Source: Macrostomum lignano (taxonomy: Eukaryota). From it: a DNA stretch of 64,000 bases. Below the pieces are notes generated by a model that was not told the origin of the DNA, did not search any database, and saw only the letters and a list, made by a program, of their open reading frames with translations. Positions 61,201 to 64,000 of the stretch are shown one piece after another; positions within the stretch are counted from its first letter, which is position 1, and each line of letters opens with the position of its first letter. The stretch covers positions 62,001 to 126,000 of the forward strand of contig NIVC01002974.1 in assembly GCA_002269645.1 (NCBI GenBank), given 5' to 3'. A program made the position numbers and the translations under genes.

Positions 61201-63940
61201 GCAGCAGCCCGAGCTCTGCAAGAGAACAGTTGGGCACAGAATGCTCGCAATAATGAGTTGTCCATGTTGCATACGGATAGCTAATGCTTGTATACTACTG
61301 CAAATACGAGGTTAACAAGTAGTTTGATGCGGGTTTTAACAAAGAATATCAAATGGATTGACCAAAGAAAAAAATGATAAAAAATATAATTACAGAAAAC
61401 CAGCAAGTGTGTCATTGACGAAAGAAAATGTTTAAAGGGTCAGAACGATGTTAACGAATAAGGCTAAATAGTTCGGTTTAGGGTTGAAGGATAGGGTTTT
61501 GTGTTTTATGATCAAAATGTTAGGTTAGAAGGGTTGAGAGATTAGGGTTGAAAGGTCAAGGTTGAAGGGATGAAGGGTTGAAGGGTTAGGGTTGAAGGGT
61601 TGAGGGATTTGGGTTGAAAGGCAAATGTTGAAGGGTTTAAAGGGTGGGGTTGAAGGGTCTAAAGGGTAGGGTTGAAGGGCCTAAAGAGTAGGGTTGAAGG
61701 GTTTAAATGGTAGGGTTGAAGGGTTTAAATGGTAGGGTTGAAGGGTTTAAATGGTAGGGTTGCAGGGTTAAAAGGGTAGAATTGAAGGGTTAGGGTTGTA
61801 GGGTTAGGGTTGAAGGGTGTTATGCTGGTTGCGAAGCTTCTGTTTTCGAATATTCTGGACAATAGTTTCAGATAAAATACCGCAAAGTGAGTTTAATAGT
61901 TACTTTACAGTTCTATAAACATAGAGAGTAAAAAAATTCATCAATCTTTTATCTGCTTTCAAATTTCTAAAAGAGAAACATGCTGAAAAAAAACTGAGGC
62001 TGTACCTGGCAAAGGTGCGGGTCAGCGGTCGGTGCCAGCGGTCGTCAATGATGAGCTCATGCGGGGGCATCAGGCTGTGCAACACCAGTTTGGGTGCCGA
62101 CGCCAGCGCGGACAGCGGCAGCGACACGGGCTCAGGGAGCTGCTGGCCGGCGCTGAGGCTCTCAACTGCCGATGGGCCACCCCGAGCAGCTCGTACAGAT
62201 TGAGCAGTCGGCTGCGCTCGGGTTGGAAGCGGACTGGCAGACGGACTTCGCAGCTGGCGTCTGAAGCATGGGCAGGTTGACGTAATTTGATTCCCATTGA
62301 GTTGCCATGACAACCCGCGTCAGTCGGCCGCAGCAATCAAATCTTATCTACATGTACCTGTTCTCATCTAATCTCAGCATATCTACCTGTTCTCATCTAA
62401 TCACACCATATCTACCTGTTCTCATCTAATCACACCATATCTACCTGTTCTCATCTAATCTCACCATATCTACCTGTTCTCATCTAATCACACCATATCT
62501 ACCTGTTCTCATCTAATCACACCATATCTACCTGTTCTCATCTAATCTCACCATATCTACCTGTTCTTATATAATCTCACCATATCTACCTGTTATAATT
62601 TAATCCCACCGTATCTACCTGTTCTTATCTAATCTCACCATATCTACCTGTTCTTATCTAATCTCACCATATCTACCTGTTCTTATCTAATCTCACCATA
62701 TCTACCTGTTCTTATCTAATCTCACCATATCTACCTGTTCTTATCTAATCTCACCATATCTACCTGTTATCATTTAATCTCACCATATCTACCTGTTATC
62801 ATTTAATCCACCATATCTACCTCTTATCATTTAATATCACCATATCTACCTGTTATCATGTAATCTCACCATATCTACCTGTTATCATGTAATCTCACCA
62901 TATTGATCTGCCCTCATCTAATCTCACTATATCTATCTTCTCTCACCTAATCTCACCATATCTACCAGTTTTCACCTAATTGCACCATATCTACATAATC
63001 CCATCTAATCTCACCATATCTACATCTTTTAATCTAATCTCACCATATATACCTGTTCTCATCTAATCTCACCATATATACCTGTTCTCATCTAATCTCA
63101 CCATATCTACATCTTTTCATCTAATCTTACTATATCTACATCTTTTCATCTAATCTCACCATATCTACATCTTTTCATCTAATCTTACTATATCTACATC
63201 TTTTCATCTAATCTCACTATATCTACATCTTTTCATCTAATCTTACTATATCTACATCTTTTCATCTAATCTTACTATATCTACATATTTTCATCTAATC
63301 TCACTATATCTACATCTTTTCATCTAATCTTACTATATCTACATCTTTTCATCTAATCTCACCATATATACCTCTTTTCATCCTACTTCGACTGTTTCCT
63401 AATCATTCCTCATATTTTCAGATTTCTGATATTTTTAAAGTATATAATAAGCCTTGAATAAGCTAGAAATAAAGACTCAAAAACGCACTAACCAAGATCG
63501 AGGATCTCTCTCTCTCACGCCATCCAGTCGCCCTGGTCAGTTCAGCCACCTGCCTCTGCACCTGCCTTTGCCTGGCCGTAACTCGAACTGCTCTCCGTCT
63601 CTGCGAACGCGAAGTCCCGCTAGCCACAGGGCGGATTTTATCAGCCCGAAGCCTCTTGAGGCTGCGCCGGTACCGGCTGAGCAGGGACTGCACCGCAGGC
63701 ATCCAGCCCAGGCTGCTGTCGCACTGGCTGACCCCAGGTGCCAGCAGACGGTTGCCTTGGATTGAGAAGTTCTCCTCGATCATGAATATCTGCAGGCTTC
63801 CAGCATCTCCTCCGACTCGGCGTATTTGATGAAGAAGCCCTCCATGAGCTCCAGCGGTTCTGCTTGCTCAGCGAGTACCGCACCGATGTGTCCACGCTGT
63901 GCCCGATGTTGATGGGGACGCGTTTGGGAGGTGATGTAAC
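58230..63940 (-). CDS. Multi-exon gene with RING1 of an RBR (Ariadne-like) E3 ligase; partial, frameshifted as assembled
   Basis: CGSC...(frameshift)...CRHWHCAACW...CPSPGC near 58250-58520. GC-rich exon-like blocks at ~58230-58810, 59553-60080, 60975-61265, 62008-62330 and 63510-63940. No IBR/RING2 seen in the window. Confidence 0.55.
58845..59525. repeat. 19-bp minisatellite (TCACGGTGGGGAGATCTAG)
   Basis: Intronic tandem array. Confidence 0.95.
60180..60972. repeat. ~26-bp composite minisatellite (TCAGCATCATTCTCCATCAGTCCAGC)
   Basis: Intronic tandem array with higher-order repeats. Confidence 0.94.
61590..61820. repeat. Degenerate (GGGTTGAA)/(GGGTTA)-like G-rich tract
   Basis: Repeated AGGGTTGA/AGGGTTA units. 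Confidence 0.75.
62340..63385. repeat. 29-bp minisatellite (CATCTAATCTCACCATATCTACCTGTTCT)
   Basis: About 36 copies with gradual drift of the unit along the array. Confidence 0.95.
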
Positions 63941-64000
63941 TTGTGAGAAATGGGGGATGGGGAATGGGAAGATAGGGAATCGGAGAGGGAATGCGAATGA

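Overview
Repeat-rich animal genomic DNA with spliceosomal GT-AG introns and no prokaryotic features. It resembles an invertebrate such as the flatworm Macrostomum, but that is an impression only. Left third (1-25 kb): a decayed, AT-rich Polinton/Maverick-like or virus-like element encoding a PrimPol-PriCT2-D5 primase (+) and a protein-primed PolB (-). Stacked inside it are an intact young Ty3/Gypsy element (934-5360), a MITE (7991-8184), an unknown (CAA)n-tailed insert, a head-to-tail pair of Helitrons (10007-20451, the second with a 5-intron Rep/Hel gene) and a Penelope-like retroelement with an SGNH-like domain. Removing the Gypsy, MITE and Helitron insertions in silico restores the host reading frames. 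Middle (25.7-55.5 kb): a recent ~12-13 kb segmental duplication, each copy with a WSC+PAN secreted-protein gene and an argininosuccinate lyase gene (one apparently intact, one damaged by an intronic satellite). A diverged third WSC-PAN paralog, a WSC-only fragment, a degenerate DIRS-like RT, SINEs and MITEs lie in the same stretch. Right end: satellite arrays and a multi-exon RBR-type E3 ligase-like gene. Many frameshifts could be long-read indel errors rather than real lesions. All alignments and counts were done by eye.
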